Source: Balanoglossus misakiensis (taxonomy: Eukaryota; Animalia; Hemichordata). From it: 64,000 nucleotides of DNA. Shown here one piece after another: positions 13,621 through 27,770 of the stretch (position 1 is its first letter; the number at the start of each line of letters is the position of its first letter). The notes below the pieces were generated by a model, which saw nothing but the letters and a program-made list of their open reading frames with translations, had not been told where the DNA came from and ran no database searches. The translations under genes and the position numbers were made by a program. The stretch covers positions 6,068,699-6,132,698 of the forward strand of contig CM082581.2 in NCBI GenBank assembly GCA_040954595.2, written 5' to 3'.

Positions 13621-16619
13621 ACCATCGGTAGTTTGACATTAAATGACCCTGACACCTGGCAATATGGGGATTTGTAGATCTCTCAAATAAGTGGACAGCA
13701 ACGACTTCTTGACGCCTAATAAACGTACATTTCACAGAAAAGGTGAGTGCAACGATGAGGACATAGTTACTATAATATAAATATAGTAAAAGCTCCCAAA
13801 TTGCTTCATAGTTTTCTTCTAGCACTAAATTGCACTAGGCCTAACTGCGGTGGCTTTTTTGCACTTTCGAGGTCGTTGCCATGGTATACGCGTGAGTTTG
13901 CTTCTCATATGCTGCCTGTGTTACAGCCGTGGTTCAGAAATTCATCGATTCATTAAAACTCGGTCAAACTATACTTATCTGATCGTGCATTGTCAAGGTG
14001 CAAGATGTCTTCGTGTGCTTTGTGAACAAAGTGCAGTTATTAAAAAGTCAATAAAACGTAGAAAATGAGAGCAATCGAAGACTAATACCCTCCCTCACTT
14101 ACTCAATAACCGCTTTTATTATATATCGTTATTTGACATTGTCAAGGTTATTTAATATCGGAAATATACTGACTGAGATACAAAGTGTTCTACTTCATCA
14201 TTTTCACTAAATGTTTCCACTGTGTAGGAAACACGTCACGCAACACCGCCAGTCACGTTTGAACACGTAACTATAATAATCTTAATTTCAGGACCATAGC
14301 CCATTCAGATAAGAGACAAAGAAAGTAAACAAAACACACACGATAAAACCAGTAATATACGGAATTTTTAAAATACTATAACACAGCGGTAACGGAGATG
14401 TGATATCAAATGGATTAACGTGGAAGTAACTGCGAGCATGGCACCATGCGTGACGGTGGAAATTTTGTTAGGATGGGACCAACCATGGGCACAGCAAACC
14501 GTGACGTTGAACATTAATTTTCAATTTAGCTCAACGCTTGTTGGGTGGTTCACTTATATAGGAAAGCTTGGTACAAACTACAATTTAATTGAGATATATT
14601 TATTCGATATTGCTGTTATTTTTTTCACAATTAGATGAAGCATTCGTAAAGTGTCATGCCCTCTATAGGAAATAGATTATAACCTAGAAATTGTGATCTA
14701 CAGAAATACCCTTGACCCCTACCTGAATACTTTTCAGGTTCAAATTATCTGTGCGCGTCGAATCACAGACTGTAGCCTAATATACTAATACAGATAGAAT
14801 TGAGTGTGTGCGTGTATACATTGTACCAGGCAAAGATGCTCGTTTTGGAACATCAATATCGAACTCTCGTGGATGTTCCATTTACAGTCTGTGAAACAAC
14901 CACCCCGGTGATCACTTGTGGATTTTTCTTGATGGGAAAATATGAAGCAAGCCGACGACGACTCGAGGCAAATTTTCTGAAGGATGATGCCGTTTCCTGG
15001 AGAGGGTGCTTCAACGAGTCGGCTAATGGATTCTTACGTTCCTTCGCGGTCGTCCGTGTGTCACGGTGAAACACACCTCAATATACATGTACATGTACCC
15101 CCCCCCCCCTTTCACTGCATCAAACCCATGACTCGTTCCGTATTTGCTTGGGGATATACAATGTAGATCCCTCTTCCCTTTTCGTGTCATCTTCACGCCT
15201 TAACACTTTATCAGTCGGTGCATGGAAAAACCTCAATGGATGCAAATGTTTATGCCCATTCTTATACGCGGTGAAAGAGACACATTCCAGTTAACAGACA
15301 CTTGATTACCCTGACTGGGCATTAAATCCACATCAGCATCTGTATTTTTGATATTGTGGTTTGAAATCGAAAGTCGACTTTATGTTGAAAACCCTTATAG
15401 TACCGAAGTGTTGAAACGGGCAAGTCTATCATGAACGTACAACTTCGATATTTATGAACAAATAATTTACAACTTGGTGTGTGCTTGCCCAATACATCAC
15501 TACCGGTGCATCGTCAAGACCATTGTGGCGTTGCACATTGTATTCTTCCGCGATACGTTTGTTGATGCCACGATATGCCGTCCGGTCCCTATTATACCGT
15601 AACTGGCACACTTTGTTGATATCGTGCATGCATGATGAAATCTTACAGAACGTGGAGGTATTCTCGGGTAATTAGTCGTGTCTTAAATCTCAAAACACTG
15701 TTGGTTTAGCACGATTAAAATGCTTTGAATTTTCGGTATGTATATTCATCATTTCTCGTTTGGACACAAGATGCATTCCAAGTGCGACTGTCCAGATCAC
15801 CGTGCAGGCGTTGAGCCTGGAAGTAATTGCTATTGTTTTTATATACACTTTTATTCACCCTAAACGTTCCAGAAACGATTAAAAATAGCAATCGCAATAC
15901 ATGCGATGTAAAACAATGAAGACCTCCTTGCAGAGACGCCGTCCCAGTTTAGTTTTTTTAGCGAGGCAATTCCAACGATCTGCGTAAATTGGCCTGGTGT
16001 TTTGTTTCGTAAGCTATAGTCGACACGGTACTACGCCGTCTTGGCTGTAGCTGTAGTTACAGCACGTTCTTGAAGAACATGTTCCTGCATATTTGTTCTG
16101 CCGCAGGGTCGCTGTGACAGCAGCGAGCGGGGTAAATCTTGACGCGCGCGTAGAAGAAAGACTCCCGATCGTAACAACCCGGGGTCACAGTAGTGTGGCA
16201 GACTGAAATATTGATTTTTAATAAGAATAAAACTGCGTGCACCCTGGATAATAAGTGGTCCGAGATTAAACCCCCCGAGGGCAATCAACGGAGCGTAGAA
16301 GCTGCGCCAGCGTTAGTCCAAGTACTAATGGCGTCGGCGAAGTGAAATTGACGAGGCGTTCTCGTACAGTTTACAATATCAATTCATGTTCTTAGTTCTA
16401 CACACAACCTTCCGGCAATACTTGATGCTGAACAACTTTTCAGCCAGTTTTCTAACTCGTTATTACATTTGAATACATGTATGCCGAAGTGTCAAAGAAA
16501 GAAATTGATGCAAGGTATACTAGTCTAGTAAAAGATATACTGTTTGAGAGAAATCGATTGACGGCTAGAAGGAGATCGAGTTGAAAAGAAGGTATACAGA
16601 GACGTACATGTAGATTAAT

Positions 16620-16712
16620 TGATAGATAGATATATAGACAGAAAGACAGGCAGGCAGGCAGGCAGGCAGGCAGACAGGTGGGCAAGCAGGCAGACAGACA
16701 GACAGACAGGTA
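16620..16712. repeat. Compound (GATA/GACA/GGCA)n simple repeat
   Basis: Directly visible. Confidence 0.85.
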
Positions 16713-19700
16713 GGCATCCTGAAAGACAAACGCGTAGACACCAAGAGATGGGAAGGACGAACACAGAACAAACGACATGCGGCGACACAAAAAGAGCATT
16801 AATAGCAGAAACGTGACCAGAACCAGAATAATCACAGCGAGTGAAAAAAATAAAGAGTTGCTGCTGGATATACACATACCCTTCGGAATTCTATTATAAC
16901 AAATAAGCTCGAAGACGGAGAAAATAAAACTGTAATAACATAGGTCATTCTAGGCTTTTCCCTTTCGGGGGAGATTTCTGTTTCTGGGTTGGCAAATTCA
17001 ATTTCACGACTGCGCAGATTATGCGATGTTGAATTTGAAATGCATGTTTATCAAGAGACTTCAATAGGTGTTGGTAATAGACGCATCTGGCTTTATTATT
17101 TTTTCCTTGATATGCCCATTTCCTTGATAAGATGAAAGCGCTGATTAACACATTTTCTAGAAGAGTGTAATCCAATCGGCGTCTCATTACAGGAGAGCTC
17201 GTCGCCAGGGTTTCACACGGCGGGGATCAGAGGGCGCTGTTATGTATTAGGCTTGTGGGGATTTGCTGATTTGTTGACGACTATTTCCACTCGAGCGAAT
17301 AATCTATTTGACAACAGCTGTTTTTATTAAAATACAGTGAATGCAACCCACTTTTGGACCCACTTCTCCATGACAGGAATCGTGAGAGTTATTTTTATTA
17401 TGACAAAGGCGTCATTCTCTAGGGGTGGGGGTACTTAAATAATGGTAATGTTCCACACAAGGATGCACTACCCGACTGGGGTCGCCTGTCAAGCCAGCTT
17501 TAAATGCATGAAAGTGGGTGGTAGTTTTTAGTTTATGGTTCAGAAGTGGGTCACGTTCGGCCGCGGTCCTATTTTCTTTTATTGGCGTGAAATCGTTAAG
17601 TTTGGGGTGTAGGACCGCTCGCAAAAGCTAACCATGTTTTCTCATGGTTTGGCTGTCTGCACACACTATCAGCCAAAAGTGCAAGTCAAATTGTCCAAGA
17701 TTGGTCGGACTTTCTCAAATATCTAGTCTCTGGTTTTTGGACACAGATGTAGTCTTATTAGGATCGTTTGAATCGGCGTTTATCTGACAAACGCGTGTTC
17801 AATTTCAATATATATACAAGACTCGCCCGTATACAATGCATTCCTAATGGGATTTTTTTTTCGCCTCAATTGCATATCGATTTATAGTTAACGCTGTTAC
17901 GATTGTTGGAGCGTGTGAGATGAAATGAAGCACAGAAATTAATTTGCCAGACAAACTATTTTCGAGGAATCGCCGCAACAAGCGCCCTCATTAGTCAAAT
18001 GTCTGACCTGTTGTTTTCAATGACCACCAAACTGCTGATATGACCCACGTACATGTATTAACCTGCATATACAATCGGTACTAATACTTACGGCACCCCT
18101 CTTCTGTTTATTCGTTATTTCCAGGAAGTAGGAGCTACAATGTTGTGCGTCGTCTGTTTGTGTGATTTGTCGGTTGTTGTAGTAGAATATTTCGTTTTAT
18201 GAATTATGATACTTGTGCCGCATGTTATAATAGCGGTTACTCGCCATGTAAACCACTCATCAGTCAGGTTTACACACTGTCGCAGATCTGTCTAACCATA
18301 GCGCCCCCATACGTGGAATTCAAAAAATATGTTATCATCTTTATCAGTTAGCGGAGCACAAAGTAGGATGATAAATGACCCCCAGTACATTTTGTCTCCT
18401 TAAGGTCAGAGGTTACACGAAGACAAATGAAGAAACTTGGTGCCTATTTACTTTGGTTTGGATAGTTTATAATTTATCAACTATATATATTGATTGTGAC
18501 GTTTCTAATCGATTACATTTAAAAAGAAAGTAAAAGATTAAGATCAGATTACATGTACTTTAATAATACCGCTTAAATATTTTATAACGATATTTTCAAA
18601 GTCCACATATCATATGCACACAAGTGAATATGTTACAGTGATTTGTACTGATGTGCGTTTTTATACGATTCACACGAATCATTGAAACAGTAGATTTACG
18701 TTCAAAATATTTTCTCAGCCAACGATGACGCAACGTTTTCAGCAAAGCGGGAAGGTGTATTTCTTAAAAAATTGGTTTGTTATCTATCTCTTACGTGTAG
18801 ATAACTAATTTTTTTTACTTATAACATGCCTATTGTATAATCGCGTTTCCATAGAAAACGTAAGGTCCAAACAGTTGTCGTGATGAATGAGGTGATTGCA
18901 TGTCGAAGTGGGCGATAAATTACGAATGTTTTATGTGGTTCGTTAAATAAAACAATTAAATGCGAGTTCTGCTTCTGTAATTTTCACCTTTAATCAACTA
19001 TTCGTGAAAAAGCAATAACTGCTCGTTTTTATCAATTTTTGCAGGAGTTGAGATAATTGAAGAATTTTTTGTGAGGCTCACACGGAGAACCACTAGTTCA
19101 ATGCCAAGAAGTCATTTTATGGTACTGGCCTCCGTTCTCTGGCATTGAAGAGACACGTGCGGCGCAGCTGTGCGCAAAGCCTTTTTCATGAACACACACA
19201 GAGATTGAAAAAATACATTTTACCTTTGCAAACAAACTGTGGAATGTTAGAGTGGTAAACACATCCTTATGTGGATAAAATTAATGTGTCCCATGATGCA
19301 ATGGGTCCCATGATGCAATGGTCTGACTATTTTAGTAAAACGAAACAATTATCAGGAGTAGTAAAAGGCAAAAAAAAACGTCGAAAAATGCTCAGTTCTG
19401 AATCATTAATGGCCTGTATCGACAGTGCCTTTCTGAAAGATAGCATTGCAGATATTGTAATCCGAATCTGTTATTCATCCAACGCGATCAGCAGTAAATG
19501 TTGCCAGCTTGAAGGAGGGGGGAGTTTTCAGGGTTTTAAACAATTATCAAACGGCCATTCCAAATCTCACCGTTTTCTATTCAGACTCAGTCGGTGCTCT
19601 GGTCCGCCAGTCCCTTTCGGTGTATTCGGCGAAGACACGGCTCGGTTCGCGGTAAGTGACCGGGTGTTGTGCTGGTGCCAGTGCGAACCTCTGTCAGATT

Positions 19701-22700
19701 ACCTGTGGAGTGATCACGTGCGGTCCGGCACGTATTGTCCGACCACCACTGAGGCGAGGTTCAACAGTGTTAATTCTATGGCAACGGCAATTTCCACGAA
19801 ATTGTACTTTCTATTCTAATTAGGACAATCTGAAATTTCAAGAGAAAGGGGTCAGTACCGAAAGAGTCCCATTTGTGGTTTGAATAAACCCTCTATACAT
19901 GTATGTCCATTTAGACATGCCAGTTCCTGCAGCAAAGCCCATTAAAAGTAATACAGCCCAGCGTGCAGTATCTGTCCAGGTACGGACATTATCGCAATGA
20001 TCGGAAAACTTTCACTGCTTCGGTGAGTATTATTAAGCATGGTGTGTGGACTGTACGGCAAAAAAGCACAAAAAACAACCGGGCTCGCTTCTGTCACGGT
20101 GCGATGTCGGACATTTTTTGCACACGATGTTATTAGACTGCATGCAGTTGGTTGTCAAAGTACATTGTACGCATCCGTTTATCATAAATGTGCATGGTAA
20201 CCTCTGCCCCAAAGCGGGAATTGCGTTTACCCCAGGCCGAATTATCTGTAACCGGAGAAAAATGACAGATATTGGGCGCGCAATTTTAACTTAAAGGACA
20301 AACTGAAAAGTATAAAGACAGTCATTATTTTTTCCTGAAGAGGCATGTACCTTAACCTACAATGTACATGCATCATGCGCCACAAATGGTTTTCAGGAAA
20401 AGATGACGACGAGCGTGATTTCGGAAAAAATATAGCGGAGAACAATGATAAAAATTAACAAATTACTAAAATACAAGGAATGTCAAGGAGTGTGCACACT
20501 GCTATTTTGAATGTAAACTATTAAACAAATGATCTGAGAACCCATGACCTTAAAACTGCGGACATCCCCTCAGCTGCCCCTGGCCCAAAATAGCCTCCCT
20601 GTGATTCTTTCACGAAGACAAAGCCCCATTTTGTAAAGATGTACACAATACCTCCATTTTTCCTGATCAATTGCTATTTACCAATTTCAGAAAACATGTT
20701 AGTGATACATTATACATGTACATATTATACAACTAAAAGTATTCATTGTTTCTCCTGTTAATTATATTTGTATTATTACTTATTCAGTTTCTTTTAAAAT
20801 GTCTCTGGGATCTTTTGTGGGTGGATTGCGTTAAGCCCTTAAGTCGGTCACATTTTTATGAGTCAAACATTCCCTGAATTCCTTCGACCCATCCCTCATA
20901 GCAACGGTGAATCTCTTTGCCTTTTACGTCTGTTCTTTCAGAGGCGGGGGTTTAATTTAATGGCAGGCAAATATTTCTGCGTGGGATGTTTTTTTATTAG
21001 GAGTACCAAATACCCCCCAATAAAAATTAAGATGTGTCAGCGTCAACCTAGCCGGATTTAATCTATAACTTAGTATCATTTATTTATTTTGCAATGAAAA
21101 AACGAGCGGAATGCCTATCTCTGAGTTGAAATTATAATGTTTGTACATTGTAATACTTTGCGATATGGGCCAGTGGTCTACTTTTATGAATAAATCGAAT
21201 CAATCATTTTTGCGAAAAGCCACAAAACACCAAATTATCAGTTTAAATTCGTTCACAAAATGCCTGTAGTCTGATGTGAAATGGTGACAAATTAATGCGC
21301 GCCAAACGGTTTACGTTTTGGTCCATTTTGGTTCTTTAGGGGTTCCCCTTCAAACCCCGTGAATTTTCTCCACGAAATTCTATGAATTTCAGAGTGCTTC
21401 TTCGAAACATGCAGACTTCGGATTACCCTTCTGGACGATTGCCATTTACTGCTATGCATTGGTCAATGGCGTAATTGACTTGAATCGTGTACACGTGTAG
21501 GCACACATACATGTAAATAACCAGTTGTTTTCTCTCTCTGCAACATTTAAATCTGGCCAGTATTGTTTATTAAGCAATGAAAGTTCTCTATCTGGCATTC
21601 CTGGCGAAAGTGTTTACGTACACGTATTTATGCTTAAAACGTTCTGTCATCGAACTTTCTTCAAAGACACGGACCACTGCACTTTAAGCAAAGAACACTG
21701 CTCCCACGTCAGCCCACAGATACATTGTACCTCCGTCTTCTTTAGGGCCTGGACAGATTGTGGTCTGGTGCGATTTGGGGGTCAATGTTTTTGAGTGTGT
21801 GCAGGAGTCTAGTCAGGTGAGGATCACAAAATGTTGTTCAAGCATTTTGGGGGAATCGCTGTTTCGTGTAGTGACACTTTGATAAAATATGATCAACATT
21901 CTTAATGAATACACACTCACTTGAATACAGCCTGAGCCATGTCTTGTTTGGTCCGGCTGTATACAGAAAATCCCTAACCCTACATTTATCGCGACCGCAG
22001 TGTGTTTATCAGCCTGAACCATTTATGAATCTTCATTTTTTATTTTCAGAAGACAGTTAATTCTCGGAGTTTAGTTTATAACTTTAAAACTCAGTGCTCG
22101 TAAATGTGTATGCATAACAAGAGAGAAAAGTACGAAAGCAGTCAAAGCTGATTTGTTTTTGTTTTTTTTTGTTTTGTACGGGCCCCTTTTAAGCAAACAT
22201 TCCGATGATTCGCGTTGGAACTACCTCAAATATTTCTCCGGGATCTGAGGCAGGCAAAATCTCTCTTCAGATAAATTTATTATGGAAGCCATTGATTTAG
22301 GTGAAATTCCCATTTCACCAACCCGAAGGAAAGCATATACTACTATAAGTGTGGTTTGTTCGAAGTGTTTGAAGTATTTTGAAGAATATTAACCAAGTGT
22401 ATGTACCACGGCAATAGGTCTTTGAAGTCTATTTATCTTGCAAATCTGAATGGAACCTTCATGTTTTAAACAAAGTTTTGAAGATGCAGGATACGCTTCC
22501 TTTCACCTATTTGCTCTATTTGTTAAATTGTGAACTAATATTCAGCTTTTTCTAGACATGGTTCACCAAACCACAGTCCCTTCTATCACACTGTGACCAA
22601 ACACACTCACTTGACGAGAATTGAATTCCACCCTCCCAGAAATTCTCAATTGGTGTCGTCGTTAGAGTAAACACGGGCAAAGAAGGTTACTTGGTTGAAA

Positions 22701-24394
22701 TATGTTGCACAAATTGCGGTCTCCGTGACTGCCGATCTCAACGAAAATCCGAAATCGTTGCCTGCTACATGCGATCCAAAATGGCGCCTGTCATGTGACG
22801 AATCCGATGTTAAACTGCAGAGATGCAATGCGAGTTGTTGTCGACTAAATGGTCTACGTCGGTTACCAGAGGCAAACCAAGTAACCAACTGATCTCGGTG
22901 TGGGAGACTGTTGGGGGGGGGGATACCGTTACTCCACAAAACTTTGAAATGTTTGGATTTCACGTGTTGTCGAATATAGCCGCGTCTCTGAACGAGAGTC
23001 GGCGCAATCACTCAGAAGTTCACATTTGTCTGTCGCACAACACAACGAACCAAACGCCAAACAAAAACCTTGACATAGAGTAACTGGGCCTCGTGCATGG
23101 AGAGAGACAGGGGTGGGGATTCCATATATAATCAAAGGATGCTTTGTTTGAAACAGGATATTTTGCGATTATGACATACATGTAGCATTAATTTACGACC
23201 CTGCCCACTTTAGGCATTTTTATATGATATCGGACTTCATTTGATATAATACACTACTGCCGTTGCTACTGTTTAAACATCGATTTATTGCGCTCGACCA
23301 TAGGGGAGGCTGACTTTGCTTAGAAGTGTTTCAATATCCAAAACATTTCCAGCCATATTAATTTGAATTCGACGAACTGTTTCAAAGGAGTACAGTTATT
23401 GTTCAACACGAGTAAATATTGTCCTTTCGATGGGGTCATCTCATATGTACCGTGCTGTGGAAAAGTGGGAAGTTATGTTTGCATATTATCGGCCAGACGT
23501 TCGTCAGCGTTGCTGGAGGCTGCTGTTCTTATTAGAATTCTTTTAACAAGCGGACTCAAATATTGTTACCAGTCTGCACATCTCACGATTGTTTAACTGT
23601 TTGTTAAAATCCACAAGTTCATGTGGCTATCAAGCTTGGTATTGCCTGTGTGCAATGGGTTTGGAAGATGGTGGTCGGCTAAATTTTAATTATCACGGAA
23701 TGATTTTTCGATAGTATGTTAGCTTATTTTCAAACCTGATAGCGATATAAACAAACAAACAACGGGACGTGATTTTTGGGGTAACACGGAAACCTTGGCT
23801 AGTCGATCCGTGCAAGGTGCACTGATTCATACACCTCAAACAGTAGCAAATACCCGCAGCCAATGAGGTGCGCGTTGCTGTGGTAACGGTGTCACTTGGG
23901 CGGGTCTTAAAGCTTGTTGAATCCAGGCTTGTGTGTTTAGTCCGTACATGTACATGTACTTGCAAACCCAGTAGCGATTTCTCATATCTCACCCAGACTT
24001 TCTACTATTCAGAATCTACTAGGTACCGTTCCTTCTTATACATGTAGTTTACATTGTCAGTGAACGTTGAAAGAAAGAAAAATGGCAAGTTATGCTTAAG
24101 CAGGCGGACGCGCCGAGGCAAGCGATGCACCTGTGGAATCGGACCTTGGCCAAGGTGTACACTCGGCGCCACGAAATGGCGACGTGCTGCAACGGTGGCT
24201 TGGCGTCCAAGTCAACATGCATCGATCGCGTTCGGGTGCGTGTTTGAGTCATGACACCCGTCAGAGTGTGTGGTATGCGAACTAAAAGACGGGCATCCAA
24301 ACTAGTCTGTTTCAGAGTATACCTTCTTTACTAAACATTGACGATTCATGTTCTTTCCACAGACGCCAAGGTTCAGAGGACCTCGTTGGCCAAT

Positions 24395-24496
24395 ATGCTC
24401 GCCGAAGTGCAACTGGCCGAGCCAGGAAACCACTGGCCTATTGCTGCCACACCTGGCGACAATTCAGACATCGAAATACCTCACGATATAATGAAT
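24395..24496 (+). CDS. Spi/PU.1-type ETS factor paralog A (PNT + AT-hook + ETS, about 338 aa), coding exon 1
   Basis: Acceptor ttctttccacag (exon from 24363), ATG at 24395, MLAEVQLAEPGNHW...HDIMN, donor gtaagt at 24497; phase 0 matches the next exon. The frame is open up to the acceptor, so the true start could lie in an earlier exon. Confidence 0.7.
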
Positions 24497-25795
24497 GTAA
24501 GTACATACTTGCAGTAAAATGTTTCATCGGTAAAGTAAGTGTTCTGACTTATATTTGTTAGACAAAGCCCAATATTTATTTTAAAGCGTGCTCAAACTTC
24601 ACGTCACCGGAAAGGGTTAAATTCGTGAAAACATTCATAAACATGGTTTAAAAATCGAGAATAAATCAACTGGTGTAGGTTAATTACAATGAACTAAGAA
24701 AATCCAGATCTCTTCGATTTGACTACTTCTATACATGTACTTGGATGCTACTTTGAGCGCGTGCGCGTGCAATAATTGTTTTAAGTCTGCTTTGCAGTAT
24801 TCTAAATACCCGGGATAGTATTGCTCCGACACGGGCCCATTTTTAGAACGCTTACTTTGTCTTTTCGCTTCTGGGGTTTCCCGTGTCGTGTTTACAAATT
24901 TCAGTGCGTAAACAATGTCTTTCTGCCAGATAAATGAAACATTTCAGATGGGCTCCGGCAGCTCCGACGTCATGACCCGCAGTGACAGCGCAAATGGAAC
25001 TCCTTTGTGGCGCGGCTCCAGATTCGCCGAAGTCGACTTACTTTCCGAGAAAAAGAAACGAAAAGTGAACTAGGTCAATGGCGGCGTCAATTGAGGGAAA
25101 TTCCCTAAAATTTAGCGAAAACATCCAGGGTTTTTTCTCTCCCTATATTTCGCGTTGGGGTTACGAAATGTACACTTTCAGCGATTACGCCAACCCATGA
25201 TCGTATTTTAAGCACATTTTACGGTAAACACGACGAATTGTGACTTGAACAATCCGTATAAGCGCGGGTGGCGCTCTATACGTCAACAAGGGTAGCGTGT
25301 TCAACCCTGACCCAGTTACGCCTTCCCAATGGACCCTTGTTTTCGCTTCGGGGTCCAAATTTAAATAGACAGCGAACAAAATGGCGGTGACGGTTGCCAA
25401 TAGTGATATCTGCGCGGTCGAAAAACACATTCGTAACAAGGCGACCATATTGAAACTGACGCCATTGCCACGAAAGAATAATCAAAGCGGTTTGTAAATT
25501 AAAAATTAACCCAAATAGACATTCCGATACATCTGGTGACTATGATGCACCGTTGGACCGATACTCATTTGATATAATAACAGCTGCAAAATGAAAGTAG
25601 TCGAAATATTTAATTTTTTTGTCCGATGTGACCTAAAGTGAAGATGTTCTTCTACACTGCTGCTTAGTAAACAAACATTTGGTCATTTAAAGACGCCGTG
25701 TTACTTATCAAGTGACTAGCGAAATGATATTTCACACAAGAACAATTAATCCCATATTTTACATGCGTTTTCTTTCGTATCTGTCTTCGTTGCAG

Positions 25796-25865
25796 AATGA
25801 TCAGGCGGAGATCTATGCAGACTTCATCCGCCAAGATATTATTTCAGACATACAGACGCTCTTGG
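25796..25865 (+). CDS. ETS paralog A, coding exon 2 (pre-PNT helix)
   Basis: ttgcag|NDQAEIYADFIRQDIISDIQTLL|gtaagg; phase 0/1; homologous to SDIENL in paralog B. Confidence 0.85.
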
Positions 25866-26016
25866 GTAAGGGCGTACAAACAGGTGGGTGTTGCTATTGG
25901 CAATACACAATTTGAAAACTATATCGACCGGAGATGTATATTGATAGAAGCGAGAAGTCATCTCGTCTTTTTATTTTACATGGAATTTTTTTTTTTGATA
26001 TTTTACAAATTCACAG

Positions 26017-26262
26017 ATTGCCCCAATTGGACCGTGCCCTGCGTGTCAAAATTTCTGACTTTTGTCAACCAGAAGTTTGATTTGAAAAACAAGTTCCCAG
26101 CGCTGGCCGAGAAATACTCAATAGACGGCTACAAATTGTGCTCCATGTCGAAAGAACTGTTCACAGAAACATTCAACAACTATAATTGCCAAAACGGCGA
26201 CACTCAGGGTCTTTTTCACGATGTAGAGATGGTTACAGGGTACATTGAATGTCTGAAAACGG
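26017..26262 (+). CDS. ETS paralog A, coding exon 3 (Pointed/SAM domain)
   Basis: cacag|DCPNWTVPCVSKFLTFVNQKFDL...IDGYKLCSMSKELF...GYIECLKT|gtatgt; PNT pattern 'W...V..(W/F)L' and 'G..LC.(L/M)S...F'; phase 1/1. Confidence 0.9.
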
Positions 26263-26459
26263 GTATGTACGTGTATATAGTATATAGCTAAAGACATGTA
26301 TAATCGAGTCGCTCTTGGTACCAACATAATGGCCTTCTGTGGCATTTCTATGTTTTGAAAAGGGTTCGCTCGATTTCGCTTATTTTTCCGAGGGATGGGT
26401 AGCAGCCCTTCGCAAATCTGCGGACTCTATATAATATACATTTTCATCTCTTATTTTAG

Positions 26460-26656
26460 TGACAGAATGTCAACTTCCAGACCCAGCTCCAAACATAGGT
26501 GATACTTGTCAAAAGAAAGCATCAGATGAGAGTGATCAGCAGCTAGATTTGCTCGACTCCAGTGACCAGATACCCCCAAAAAGTACTTGTTTAAATTTAC
26601 TAGAAAGCGTACTACCTACATGTACTACTCAAGATGAGAAGTGTCTATACACATTG
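26460..26656 (+). CDS. ETS paralog A, coding exon 4 (acidic linker)
   Basis: ttttag|VTECQLPDPAP...KCLYTL|gtgagt; phase 1/0. Confidence 0.82.
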
Positions 26657-26699
26657 GTGAGTTGGGAAGGCTGGGCGAGCTGAAATACCGACAGAAAGC

Positions 26700-26706
26700 A
26701 GGCAGG

Positions 26707-26737
<31 letters not shown>

Positions 26738-26892
26738 TGTGTCTGGTTCTAGGACAGGCACGCAGGCAACTGCAGACAGGCAGAAATACAGACAGAGATA
26801 TGTAGTGTGAGACAGACAGACAGACAGACAGACGGGCAAAGGTAATACAGATACAGAGGAAGACAGAAATGGACTGGGAGAGACAGAGATAC
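26700..26892. repeat. Degenerate (GACA)n tract in an intron of ETS paralog A
   Basis: Directly visible. Confidence 0.85.
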
Positions 26893-27042
26893 ATGTAGCT
26901 AAAGAGGTTCATGACATGAAGCTGGCAACCTACCGTTCCACTGAGACCTCTGGTTTATTTATCCTTGGAGACAAATTGCTTACAAAATGGACGGGTTCAA
27001 CACAACTTTGACTCTTAACATGTTTTTGTCTTGTGTATGAAG

Positions 27043-27139
27043 GAAGACGAAGTTGTCACAGTTCGGGAACTAGAAGCGAATAATGGCGGACCAACCAGAA
27101 GAAAAAGAGGTCGGCCTCGAAAGGAACGACCATTGAAAG
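27043..27139 (+). CDS. ETS paralog A, coding exon 5 (AT-hook)
   Basis: EDEVVTVRELEANNGGPTRRKRGRPRKERPLK|gtaaat; RGRP core; phase 0/1. Confidence 0.88.
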
Positions 27140-27465
27140 GTAAATGTGTCCTATCATTCTAGAGCCAATAATGCATCTTCACAAGAAAGTAACAATTCGA
27201 TTTGCGTAGGATTCGAAATGTAGGTGCAAATTTTGACTCGAAAACTTCGCAGACAAAGTTCAAGTAGACTTTTAGTAAATCGTGTTTGGAAAGAAGTTTG
27301 GTGCATGTACATGTATAAGGACTGCGGCTCATAGTCACGTGAAGGCACAGGACCAGAACACATTGTTGTCGTTTTCACAAAGTCTGCGCATGACTGTAAG
27401 AACGTGTGTTTATCACTGCCCCTGACACGGCGACTTTAACATATTATCGAATGTTAATATTGCAG

Positions 27466-27770
27466 TCAAGAGGAAAAAGAAGAAAATCCTGTGGCAGTTC
27501 CTTTGTCGACATCTCGATGGCGGTGAATTCAAACACTGCGTCGAATGGATCAGCAGATCAGAGGGCCTGTTCCGCTTCATCAGCAGAGAAAAGGAAGCCA
27601 TCGCCAAACAGTGGGGCAAGGAGAAAGGCCACAAGCGAGTGATGACGTATCAAAAGATGGCGCGCGCGCTCAGGTACTACATCCAGAAGGACGCCATGGA
27701 GAGATGTCGGGGCAAACTGCACTACAAATTCCGCCGAGAGACGATGATTAAATATCAAAACATGACGTGA
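27466..27770 (+). CDS. ETS paralog A, terminal exon (ETS DNA-binding domain)
   Basis: ttgcag|VKRKKKKILWQFLCRHLDGGEFKHCVEWISRSEGLFRFISREKEAIAKQWGKEKGHKRVMTYQKMARALRYYIQKDAMERCRGKLHYKF...NMT*, TGA at 27768-27770. This frame is not in the ORF track. Confidence 0.95.

Noticed and set aside
19271-19819. 182-aa ORF (also 961..1509 and 42994..43506)
   Set aside because: Non-ATG starts, no domains and composition typical of non-coding DNA.
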